Shown: piece by piece, positions 33,340 through 42,521 of the stretch
Layout: each line of letters begins with the position of its first letter
Numbering within the stretch: the stretch's first letter is position 1
NCBI GenBank assembly: GCA_963845065.1
Contig: CAWJQQ010000005.1
Span: 32,001 to 96,000, forward strand
Length of the DNA: 64,000 bases
Direction: 5' to 3'
Origin: Nitrospirota bacterium
GTDB taxonomy: Bacteria; Nitrospirota; UBA9217
The notes under the pieces: model-generated
Told to the model about the DNA's origin: nothing
Database searches by the model: none
What the model saw: the letters and a program-made list of their open reading frames with translations, nothing else
Made by a program: the position numbers and the translations under genes

Positions 33340-33801
33340 AAACTTACCCCTTAAAGCTCAGGACGAATTTGACGATAATATTGACATAGTGCGAAAAGGT
33401 ACTGACTGATTCGGCCTGTGGTGTATTCCACCAGAATAAAAAGATGTTTTTTAGACAGTTATGTGCTTGCGATAGATTATGATATTGATTTATAATTCCC
33501 AGCGCTCGAAGTGCTCGGCTATTAACCCCATGGCACAGAACGACTTATTTCGACACGGAATCTGGTGCATGGTTAAGATGTCTCGTCAGCTGACTTTCTG
33601 AAGATGCTTATCGTTTCATCTGCATATATTTAGTCATATTTCTTGCAGCAAGTAATTGTGACTTGAATCACTGCCGAGAATTCAGTAACCTTGTATGATT
33701 GGAAATACATAGATAAAAATATGCGAGCTGTTTCTGTAGACGTTACCTGAAACAAGTCTGCTTCGCTTTTTAACTGAACAATCCAGGAGTTATAAAAAAT
33801 T

Positions 33802-34323
33802 ATGATGACAAGAAGGAGCTTTTTAAAGATTACGATGCTTGTGATCGTGTCCGGCTATGGCGGGAAGGTCTACGGGCTTGATAAAAAAGAAAGAGTTCTT
33901 AATCTTTATAACATTCATACTGGCGAACGACTTAATGTAAAATATTATTCGTCGGGTAGCTATGATAATAATGCCATGAATGAGATCAATCATCTCATGC
34001 GGTGTCATTTTACCAATGAAGTAAAACCTATCCATGTCAAAGTTATTGACCTTCTCTGTGATATCAAGGACGCTATCGGAAAAGATAAGGAGATGCTTAT
34101 CATTTCAGGATACCGCTCGCATGCGTATAACGAATATCTGCGAAAGATCGGGAGAGGAGTGGTTTGTAACAGTCTTCACATCCAGGGTCGTGCAATAGAT
34201 TTCCGCGTCCCCCGAGTCGATAACCGAATACTTACTACTGTTGCAAAATCCTTTTATGCGGGTGGTGTCGGTACATATCCCGACTTCGTCCATATTGATG
34301 ATGGACGTGTGCGATACTGGTAA
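33802..34323 (+). CDS. YcbK/DUF882 (MepK-like, peptidase M15) protein with Tat-type signal
   Basis: TRRSFLK, YNIHTGE, IISGYRS, SLH..GRAIDF and FVHID motifs; AGGAG RBS. Confidence 0.9.
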   Translation: MMTRRSFLKITMLVIVSGYGGKVYGLDKKERVLNLYNIHTGERLNVKYYSSGSYDNNAMNEINHLMRCHFTNEVKPIHVKVIDLLCDIKDAIGKDKEMLIISGYRSHAYNEYLRKIGRGVVCNSLHIQGRAIDFRVPRVDNRILTTVAKSFYAGGVGTYPDFVHIDDGRVRYW

Positions 34324-34753
34324 AGCCTTCAATCGCGATCATTTCGAATTCGTTGTTTGAATCTGAGTCATATTTTTTCAGAATACGATAGCCCCCCTCT
34401 TCGGCTATTGGCTCATGGTCGTTAATCAGGATTTTGGGACCGTTTGTCACATCGTGCACTCCTCCACCATCGGCAGGCGATGGGTATGTGACCCATTCCA
34501 AAAGTTTACGAGCATCTTCTAGTGAAGAGTCTTCAGGATAGTTGTAATAATACTGCTGCATATCCTTATCGTATAGTCCTATGCAGCCGTGAGCTGCGGC
34601 TTACCTGGGCAGATCTAGGCTGTGAATCCATTAGGAAACCCCTCAACTGCCAGGGCGCAGTTGCCCAGTATTTGACGCTATAAAACTTAACGATCGCCAG
34701 ATGGCTTCGTGAAGATGAGAGTGCCTGAAGAAAAATCTGCGACAATGCCATTC

Positions 34754-35326
34754 TTACTTGATCTTCTTCAGCTGTTGTAGTTGCTCAGTAGCAGTTTCGA
34801 AGGCGTTTTTTATGTTCTTATTGTCTGGATCGAAGATAAGTGCCTTTTTCCAGGTCGCAATTGCTTCTTCGAGCCTTTCCTCGCGGTATTGCGTGAGGCC
34901 ACTCGCCATAAGATCCTTGGAGCAAGCCTTGATCTGTCTGTTGAGGTAATCGTCATCGAACGACAGTGTTCCAGCGAAATCCCGCGTTGCAATGCTGCTT
35001 TCCAACAGGATGCTGTAATCAATCCCCGCTTTCGCAACCTCTCCACTCTGATAAGCTGTGTCTGCGATACTTTTGATCTGTTCACCCAGTTTTTTATAAC
35101 CGCGACGAAGTCCCGGTGAATGATGATATTTATCAAAGGCATTGGAATATAATTCAAGGGCACGCTTAAATCTGCCGAGTGCAAATTGTGCTTGGGCCTG
35201 TTTTGCCGTTTCGGCGATGAAGCTTGCCTCTGGTGCCGTTTCGGGTCCCTTGAAATGTGGCGAGCACGCCACCACAGCGAGAGTGACAAAGCAGAACGCA
35301 AAATACGGTGATCTGAATGAGTGCAT
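34754..35326 (-). CDS. TPR-repeat lipoprotein
   Basis: Lipobox VVAC; helical repeats such as GLTQYREERLEEAIATWKKALIFDPDN. Confidence 0.75.
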   Translation of the reverse strand: MHSFRSPYFAFCFVTLAVVACSPHFKGPETAPEASFIAETAKQAQAQFALGRFKRALELYSNAFDKYHHSPGLRRGYKKLGEQIKSIADTAYQSGEVAKAGIDYSILLESSIATRDFAGTLSFDDDYLNRQIKACSKDLMASGLTQYREERLEEAIATWKKALIFDPDNKNIKNAFETATEQLQQLKKIK

Positions 35327-35329
35327 ATT

Positions 35330-36739
35330 TTACTTTCCGCTGAAAACTTGATCTTTAATGGAGTAACGGGAATCGATTACGCGGCAGAAAATCTCGACAA
35401 TGCGGGGATCAAACTGTTTACCGGCATACCGGTACAGCTCGCGAAGGGCTTCTTCTGGTGAGCGCGGGATTTTATAGGGCCGCGAGGAAGTCATGGCATC
35501 ATAGGCATCAGCGACGGTAATGATCGCTGCATGAAGAGGAATATCCTTTGCCCGCAGCCCGTCGGGATATCCCTCCCCATTGTACCATTCGTGATGGTGT
35601 CTTACCGCGGGTATATATTTCTGGAGGGATTTCGCTCGGCTCAGAATAGCCGCGCCGTGTTCGCTGTGCTCCGACATCTCGCGATGCTCCAGCGGGTTAA
35701 GCGATCCTTCTTTTAGCAGAACATAGTCTGGAGTCTTCAGCTTTCCAACATCGTGAAAAAGACTTGCAACCTCAAGATCTTCGATCTCACGGCGTGGAAG
35801 ACCGAGTTCCTCCCCTATCTTTACCGACAATTGCGAAACCCTTGTCGAATGACCGAGGGTATAGGGATCACGGGCATCAATTGCTGCAGCGAGCACCTTC
35901 ACCGTTGAAACATAGGCATCCTCTAGCTCTTGGGCAGATATGCTGAGTTCGGTCTGCTGTCTGGTGATCATCTCGGCCATGTGGTTGAAACTTTCCGTCA
36001 AACTGCCGAGCTCATCATGAGCATATATTCTTAGTTTCGACTTCCTCCCTCGTTTCAGTTCGTTGACACCTAGGGATAGTTCCTTGATCGGCCGCGTTAT
36101 GAGAGAAGATAATACGATGATGCACCCGATACCGAGAAACAAGGTAATGCCGAGCCCAGCTATAATCCTTTTTCGGGTTTCAGCCTGGGCATGAACTAAA
36201 ACTGACGTGTTGATTCCGAGGATGACATTGCCGATTTGCCTATTGTTAAAGGAGATTGGACTATATACTTGGAACAAATTGACTGACGGGGCATTTAATT
36301 CATATACCCATGTATTATCCACTATCTCCCTTAGTGTGCTAGTATTCGATGCAAGGTGAAATAACGTGTCCCGCTTGGCTACATCAGTATGCGCAAGTAC
36401 TTTCATGTTTGTGTCTGTGATAGCCACATACTCCACATCGGGATTTGCTTCCCGCACCTTCGAGACAATATTATCTATGCCCAGCACATCATTGGCAAGC
36501 ATACTGTAAGATGCTAATGCCGCCGTGCTTTTGCACAGCGATTCAGCCCTTTTAATGACCTCTTCCATGATATTCCGGTTCATTGTCTGTAGGGTAAGAA
36601 TGGAAAAAATAGAAGCCGTTAGCAGGAGCAGAACAACGATAAAGACTGAAATTTTGAATCGTAGTGAAGTGAAGAGGGGGGGCATTATCGCCATCACCTT
36701 TCCCATTTTATTTTTTATATAAGCGCGAAATATCCGCAT
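35330..36739 (-). CDS. Membrane-bound HAMP + HD-GYP cyclic-di-GMP phosphodiesterase
   Basis: Two TMs flank a periplasmic domain; HAMP (TRPIKEL...DELGSLTESFN); DPYTLGHS, FHDVGK and HHEWYNGEGYP motifs. Confidence 0.9.
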   Translation of the reverse strand: MRIFRAYIKNKMGKVMAIMPPLFTSLRFKISVFIVVLLLLTASIFSILTLQTMNRNIMEEVIKRAESLCKSTAALASYSMLANDVLGIDNIVSKVREANPDVEYVAITDTNMKVLAHTDVAKRDTLFHLASNTSTLREIVDNTWVYELNAPSVNLFQVYSPISFNNRQIGNVILGINTSVLVHAQAETRKRIIAGLGITLFLGIGCIIVLSSLITRPIKELSLGVNELKRGRKSKLRIYAHDELGSLTESFNHMAEMITRQQTELSISAQELEDAYVSTVKVLAAAIDARDPYTLGHSTRVSQLSVKIGEELGLPRREIEDLEVASLFHDVGKLKTPDYVLLKEGSLNPLEHREMSEHSEHGAAILSRAKSLQKYIPAVRHHHEWYNGEGYPDGLRAKDIPLHAAIITVADAYDAMTSSRPYKIPRSPEEALRELYRYAGKQFDPRIVEIFCRVIDSRYSIKDQVFSGK

Positions 36740-36949
36740 ATTTTAATATCATAGTATCGTTCGTTAGTCAATTTACTTCTAATCATTTTACAACTAAAGT
36801 AGTATAAATATCAAGGAAAACGTTCGTTAATTTGTACTCAAATCTAAATAACCGCGCGATAAATATCCATGAGTAAAACCATGACAAATCACGTTCAACA
36901 ACTAGTCTAGTAAGGAGGAAAATGAGTTATGCTGACAGAAGAACGGACG

Positions 36950-37774
36950 TCATTGAATTAAAGTAGGATAAAGCTTAGATGCAATGGTGACCATGACTAC
37001 ATAGATCAACCCCAAGACGACAACATCGAACACGAACCCATTCACACTGTGACCACCCTGAATCATGAGTCCTCGTAATATATCCACCAAATAGGTAAGT
37101 GGGTTAATTCTCGCAAATACCAGTAACCACTTAGGCATGAGCTCGAGCGGGTATATAGCGTTGCTTGCGAAAAAAAGAGGCATTGTGAGCACTTGACCTA
37201 TTCCCATGAACCGTTCACGAGTCTTCACGATACAGGCCATAATAAGTGAAAAAGTCGAAAAGATCGCTGATCCGAGCACAACGGCAAAAAGCACGCCCAG
37301 AATCGCTAGCGGACTCAAGTTGGTTTCAATCCGCATGAGATAAGCAATTACGTAGATGATAAGCGCTTGGACCAATCCTCGAAATCCTGCGGAGATCGCC
37401 TTTCCAAATACCAGAGCGCCTCGATAGGCTGGACTTACCAGAAGCTTATGAACAATTCCTAAATCCCGCTCCCAAATGACAGCAATCCCGTAAAAGATTG
37501 CGCTGAATAATACGCTCTGCGCCAAGATTCCCGGACACATGAAGGCCAAGTAACTGATGTTACCGGTAGGAATCCCCCGGACTCGACTGAAAACCTGTCC
37601 GAAAACTACTAACCAGAGGATAGGCTGAACTGCCCGGGAAAAGAGTTCGGTGGGATCACGGAGAAGCTTTTTCAGTTCGGATTCTCCTATCGCAATACTC
37701 TGTCCTATGAAATCTACGAGAGAAAAGGAATCAGCCGAGCCGGGTGACTGTGCTCCGTGTTTGCCGAATGTCAC
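36950..37774 (-). CDS. ABC-2 permease (DrrB-like)
   Basis: QPILWLVVFG, PGILAQSVLF, FFASNAIYP and NPLTY motifs; likely GTG start at 37774. Confidence 0.9.
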   Translation of the reverse strand: MTFGKHGAQSPGSADSFSLVDFIGQSIAIGESELKKLLRDPTELFSRAVQPILWLVVFGQVFSRVRGIPTGNISYLAFMCPGILAQSVLFSAIFYGIAVIWERDLGIVHKLLVSPAYRGALVFGKAISAGFRGLVQALIIYVIAYLMRIETNLSPLAILGVLFAVVLGSAIFSTFSLIMACIVKTRERFMGIGQVLTMPLFFASNAIYPLELMPKWLLVFARINPLTYLVDILRGLMIQGGHSVNGFVFDVVVLGLIYVVMVTIASKLYPTLIQ

Positions 37775-38588
37775 GATAGTTTCCCCCTTCAGTAATCTGG
37801 ACTCCACAGCATTGAGCAAAAACATCTTCAAGTGTGGCCGTGGGGCTGACCGTCATTTTTAAGTCATTAGGTCGACCAATGATGGCGACCTTGCCTTCAT
37901 GCAAAATAGCAAGCTCATCGCAGAGCTGGTCTGCCTCTTCCATATCGTGCGTAGTTATGAGAACTGTCATGTTGTAATCTCGTTTCAAATCCAGCAATCG
38001 GTCCCATACAATTCTCTTCGCCATCGGGTCGAGCCCGATAGTCGGCTCATCAAGGAAGAGAACGGTGGGGTGGTGGAGCATCGCTTGGGCAAGTTCCAGT
38101 CTTCTTATCATTCCGCCCGAATATGTCTTGACGAGTTTTTTTGCAGAGTTTTCTAGTCCCATAAATTTCAAAGCTTCGGAGATACGGGTGGCTCTCTCTA
38201 ATCTGGGCATACGATAGAGTTTGGCGGAGAGCATTAAATTCTCACTTCCTGTTAACGCGCCATCTGCGGAAAGCATTTGAGGAATATATCCAATTCGTCT
38301 TCTTACTTGAGCTGGCTCGTTGCCAACATCGAATCCAGCTACGGTTGCCGTTCCGGAAGACGGATCAAGGATGGTTGTAAGCATTTTAATCGTGGTACTT
38401 TTCCCCGCACCGTTAGGGCCAAGGAGGCCGAATATTTTGCCATACTTAACCCGGAGGTTGATATGATCGACTGCAGTTTGCTGACTGAACTTTCGTGTCA
38501 GGTTCATTGCCTGAATAGCAAGGTCCTCTGTGAAACCCGATTTATCCTCTTGCTGCGGATCTTTCATTTTGCTTTTATCATGTTCCAT
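37731..38588 (-). CDS. ABC ATP-binding protein (DrrA-like)
   Basis: GPNGAGKST, YSGGMIRRLE and FLDEPTIGLDP motifs. Confidence 0.93.
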   Translation of the reverse strand: MEHDKSKMKDPQQEDKSGFTEDLAIQAMNLTRKFSQQTAVDHINLRVKYGKIFGLLGPNGAGKSTTIKMLTTILDPSSGTATVAGFDVGNEPAQVRRRIGYIPQMLSADGALTGSENLMLSAKLYRMPRLERATRISEALKFMGLENSAKKLVKTYSGGMIRRLELAQAMLHHPTVLFLDEPTIGLDPMAKRIVWDRLLDLKRDYNMTVLITTHDMEEADQLCDELAILHEGKVAIIGRPNDLKMTVSPTATLEDVFAQCCGVQITEGGNYRDIRQTRSTVTRLG

Positions 38589-38613
38589 GAATCCCTTTCC
38601 TGACTTGAGGAAT

Positions 38614-39546
38614 TTACCTTCCGGAGTGAACTATAATCACTGGAACTGGCGAGTTCAAGATCGTTTCCCGGGCTGTACTACCTAGAAAGGCTTCCAACAA
38701 CATATTCCTGCCATGCGTCCCCATTATTACGAACGAATAACCGTGGTCTCCCTCCCGACAAACCGCACAGGAGGCCACGACATCCTTTTCTTCGATTTTG
38801 TAATCACACAGAACTCCACGACTTTCAAAGAAACGGACCTTTTGTTTCATCGATTGACAGGAACTATCCTGAAGCTGGGATAGAATTTCATCTAGATTGA
38901 GCGGTATCCATCCGGAGACCGTACTGCTTGCACGTATGATGGCTCTGTAACTATCCCCCAGGCAATAAAACAGAAAGACTCTTGCACCGATGCGCTTTGC
39001 TAGAGAAAGCGCATATAGCTCAGCTGCGCGGCTGTTTTTACCTAGATCGGTCGTCACTAGAATATTTACCTGTTTTCGTGGGTCTAAATCTTGAACTTTT
39101 GTTTGAGCGATGGGGCCGGTCACCATCACGGGCCGTCGCGAGTGACGGATCACTTCTTCAGCGACGCTTCCTATTATCATGCGTTCCATTCCTGTCCGTC
39201 CGTGGGTACCCATAACGATAAGCTCCGGAGCATGCTTTGCTCGCAGAGCCGCTAGAATCAGTTCCGGTGGAGAACCACATTTTAAGAAAGTTCGGACAGG
39301 TACAGTAAATCGACTGCTGATTTCCTCAAGTTTTTTCTGATGCTGGGAGTGCCACGCCTGGAGGCGGGAGACATCAAATCTCTCACAGGAAGACGTTCTT
39401 ATGTCTTCTACGTACAGTAGGTCGATGCTGGTTTTTAGTTGCTGCGCCAGAAAAGATGCGACACCGTGTATTGCCTGCGAACGTCTTTTGCCTGAATCGG
39501 TCTGATTCTCGATATCATCAACTACTAAGACTGGGTGTTGCAGCAT
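38614..39546 (-). CDS. Tandem-domain universal stress protein (copy 2)
   Basis: MGTHGRTGMERMIIGSVAEEVIR and MGTHGRNMLLEAFLGSTARE; clear paralogue of 13996-14925; GAGGAG RBS. Confidence 0.9.
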   Translation of the reverse strand: MLQHPVLVVDDIENQTDSGKRRSQAIHGVASFLAQQLKTSIDLLYVEDIRTSSCERFDVSRLQAWHSQHQKKLEEISSRFTVPVRTFLKCGSPPELILAALRAKHAPELIVMGTHGRTGMERMIIGSVAEEVIRHSRRPVMVTGPIAQTKVQDLDPRKQVNILVTTDLGKNSRAAELYALSLAKRIGARVFLFYCLGDSYRAIIRASSTVSGWIPLNLDEILSQLQDSSCQSMKQKVRFFESRGVLCDYKIEEKDVVASCAVCREGDHGYSFVIMGTHGRNMLLEAFLGSTARETILNSPVPVIIVHSGR

Positions 39547-39904
39547 CCTTCGCTCCTCTTATAGTGTATCAATGGTGTGCTGCAAGTCGCGAATATGACT
39601 AAATACCGTTAACGTTGACTTATAGACAGCAGAAAATGGTCTGTTAGGTTAATGAAGCATAACATATGAGCAGTGAATTATCAAGCTGGCGTGATTGACT
39701 TGGCATTGCACAATCTCCCTCCGCTGACTTGAAATTTTAACGGCGTTACGCGGATGATGATGCGAAAAAATTTAAAAACGATCGGGATTGTGAAGCAAGA
39801 TGTGAGCGCGTGATATTTTTTGGAGATAAATGTGAAGGGATTGCAAAAAAAATCTTCGGTGTGTGAAGAGCGCCGTCGCAAAGCGTCTTAGTTCAATTAA
39901 ATTA

Positions 39905-39922
39905 TATGTGAAGCTTCACATA
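39905..39922. promoter_or_regulatory. Perfect 18-bp palindrome in a long divergent intergenic region
   Basis: TATGTGAAGCTTCACATA is its own reverse complement. Confidence 0.4.
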
Positions 39923-40420
39923 ACCTACACGTGTGTAATTGCAGATAGTTGAATTTGTCACAAAACTTTCTTATACTACATACATGCAGGTTGAAAAGCT
40001 ACTGTCATCGAAGCAGAACCAGATCTTGCAGCACCTCGTTGCTTTCCTGGGTAATGAAAATATGAAGAAAAACGGATTAAATAATGTTAAGTTGCACTAC
40101 ACTCTATCCCACCTGATGAGGATGAAGCTAAATAATGGTTTCTCCATCACTGGGGGTACTATGGCGTTAATAAAACATGCAAAACAATGTGTTTAAATGT
40201 TCTTACCAAATGGGGAAGGCAGAGTGCTGTTGATAACAACTGTTTTTAAAATGATGCAGACGTCGAAGAAACAACTCGTTGGTAATCGATGCCAATGACG
40301 GAACCGTAATTGGTTCTAATAATCGCCCTAAGTGAACTTGCAGAAAAGCTGCTTTTCTATGGCTATTATTGAGATAGATGTTGAGATTGCAATTTCGCCG
40401 AAGGTAGTGTATATATCGCT

Positions 40421-41356
40421 ATGCGCCCTGTCTTGAGGCCCTCTGATTTGCTGACGCTTTCTTTTCTTGTCCTGTTTTCCGGCCTTGCGGTATTTTCCGC
40501 GCGTATGAACCCTTCGTGGGCTGGACTTCTTGCTGCGTACACGGTGCTGGCAGTTGTGATCGTGGCGGTTGCAATGTACCGCACTAGAGTGAACTCGGCA
40601 AAGAAGGGTTTCTACCTTTCTATTATCGTCACGGTGATCACGGTTCTCTCTATTTTTAATAGTCTGGGGTCTCTCATCGCCGGCATTCATACAACAAAAT
40701 TCGACGCTAGCCTCATCGCCATCGATCATACGCTCTTCGGCGTTCACCCAACGGTGTGGATGGAACGGCTGATCAGCCCGACTCTTACGGCCCTTCTCCA
40801 GTTCGCCTACATCAGTTATTATTTTATCCCCCTCTCACTCGGCTTTGTGCTCATTGCTAGTGGCAGGTTCGAGGAATTCGAAGATGCCCTGTTCGGTATC
40901 CTGCTCTGCTTCTATCTTTCCTATGTCGGCTACCTGCTCGTTCCCGCAATCGGGCCGCGTTTTACGCTCAGCCATTTCCAAACCCGGGGCCTGCAAGTTT
41001 CCCCGTTCATCGAAAAGATTCAGGATGTCCTGAACAGTCTTGAAAAAAATAAGACCGATGCCTTTCCGAGCGGCCACACAGCCATCTCGCTCATAAGCCT
41101 ATATTATGCATGGAGAAATAGGGAGAAAAGACTTTTTGCGGTCTTGATCCCAGTGGTAACAGGACTGCTCATCTCGACAGTATATCTCCGGTATCATTAC
41201 GTTATCGATGTCATCGCGGGTATCGCCCTCACGATCCTGACTATTTATCTAGCGCCGATACTGTTCTCGGCACTCTCAGGCGTATCCCGGAAGATGAGCG
41301 GTGGATATAGCAGGCCAGCTGATGCATTCGGTAAGAATGATAAACGCATACGATAG
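40421..41356 (+). CDS. PAP2-superfamily membrane phosphotransferase, AUR1/inositol-phosphorylceramide-synthase-like (PAP2_3)
   Basis: About 8 TMs; YLLVPAIGPR, AFPSGH and STVYLRYHYVIDV motifs; no recognisable KxxxxxxRP C1 motif. Confidence 0.8.
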   Translation: MRPVLRPSDLLTLSFLVLFSGLAVFSARMNPSWAGLLAAYTVLAVVIVAVAMYRTRVNSAKKGFYLSIIVTVITVLSIFNSLGSLIAGIHTTKFDASLIAIDHTLFGVHPTVWMERLISPTLTALLQFAYISYYFIPLSLGFVLIASGRFEEFEDALFGILLCFYLSYVGYLLVPAIGPRFTLSHFQTRGLQVSPFIEKIQDVLNSLEKNKTDAFPSGHTAISLISLYYAWRNREKRLFAVLIPVVTGLLISTVYLRYHYVIDVIAGIALTILTIYLAPILFSALSGVSRKMSGGYSRPADAFGKNDKRIR

Positions 41357-41389
41357 AAGTTCGTGCGTCTTCGTGGAGGCGTACAAACG

Positions 41390-42502
41390 TCAAATGCCTT
41401 TCTCATATATGCGGTACTTCTTGTACAGTTTCCCACTCATGAGTTCACAGCCGCGCTTCATCAGAGCGTTGTCCTCAAGAATCCACGACATCTCTGCCCG
41501 CTCGTAGCCTTTCTTCACGGCGGCCTTGAAAGATTCAAGATAGAGCATGCCCTCAATGCCCTTTTTCCGGTACTCCTCTTTGACCCCCATGGTCAAGACA
41601 CGGATGTCGCTGATTTTCCGGGAATACCACAGGAATTTTGCGATTCCCATGGGTCCGAGCCTGCCGTTGATCTTTCCCAGGACTTGGTTGTAATCAGGAA
41701 CAGCCATGAAGAATGCGGCTGGTTTCCCGTTCACCTCTGCCATAATCAGCAGTTCCGGCACAATGAGAGGTTTGAGCCTTTTTGCCATAGACTCTATCTC
41801 CTCATCGGTCATGGGTACAAAACCCCAGTTGTGGCTCCAGGCTGAGTTATAGATATCCTTTACAGCCTCCAGCTCCCGCTGGAACTGCTTCATATTCGCC
41901 ATCCGCACGGTGAGTCCCGTGACCCGCGCTTTTACGGCCGAAGCGAGCTTCTCGAGCCTTCCGCCTGCCGCTACGTCCCTAATAATAGATATGTAGGCGT
42001 AGAGATCCTTAGCCTTGGTTAGGCCGCAACGCTCCATGTAGTCGAGGTAATACGGCGGCGTGTACGTCATCATTATTTTGGGAGGAGAATCGAACCCTTC
42101 AAGAAGAAACCCGCACTCGTCGTTAGTCGACGGGTTCATGGGTCCGCGCATGATCGAGATATCTCGCTTCTTGAGCCATCCCGATGCTGCGTCGAGAAGG
42201 CCTTGCGCGACTCCAACGTCGGGCAGGCATTCGAAATAGCCGAAGAATCCTGCCTGTTCGTTGTGAATTTTAATGTGATTGCGGTCGATAATCGCTGCAA
42301 TCCTGCCGACCGTTTCTCTGTTTTTACGAGCAAGGAAATAGCCAGCTTCGGCGTGTTGGAAAAAAGGGTTTTTTGCGCTCAAGACGAATTTTACCTCGCT
42401 CACGAGAGGCGGTACCCAGTTGGGGTTCCCGTGGTACACTTTCCACGGAAACTGGATGAATTCCTTCATGTCGCCCCTACTGTTGATCTGTTCGATATTC
42501 AA
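41390..42502 (-). CDS. bcerS: GNAT-fold N-acyltransferase, bacterial ceramide synthase-like
   Basis: FIQFPWKVY..NPNWVPPL, NPFFQH, GRIAA, GFFGYFEC, GPMNPSTNDECG, YNSAWSHNWGFVP, MGVKEEYRKKG and EMSWILEDN motifs; directly downstream of spt. Confidence 0.72.
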   Translation of the reverse strand: MNIEQINSRGDMKEFIQFPWKVYHGNPNWVPPLVSEVKFVLSAKNPFFQHAEAGYFLARKNRETVGRIAAIIDRNHIKIHNEQAGFFGYFECLPDVGVAQGLLDAASGWLKKRDISIMRGPMNPSTNDECGFLLEGFDSPPKIMMTYTPPYYLDYMERCGLTKAKDLYAYISIIRDVAAGGRLEKLASAVKARVTGLTVRMANMKQFQRELEAVKDIYNSAWSHNWGFVPMTDEEIESMAKRLKPLIVPELLIMAEVNGKPAAFFMAVPDYNQVLGKINGRLGPMGIAKFLWYSRKISDIRVLTMGVKEEYRKKGIEGMLYLESFKAAVKKGYERAEMSWILEDNALMKRGCELMSGKLYKKYRIYEKGI

Positions 42503-42521
42503 CCTCCCTCCTTCTTGTCGG

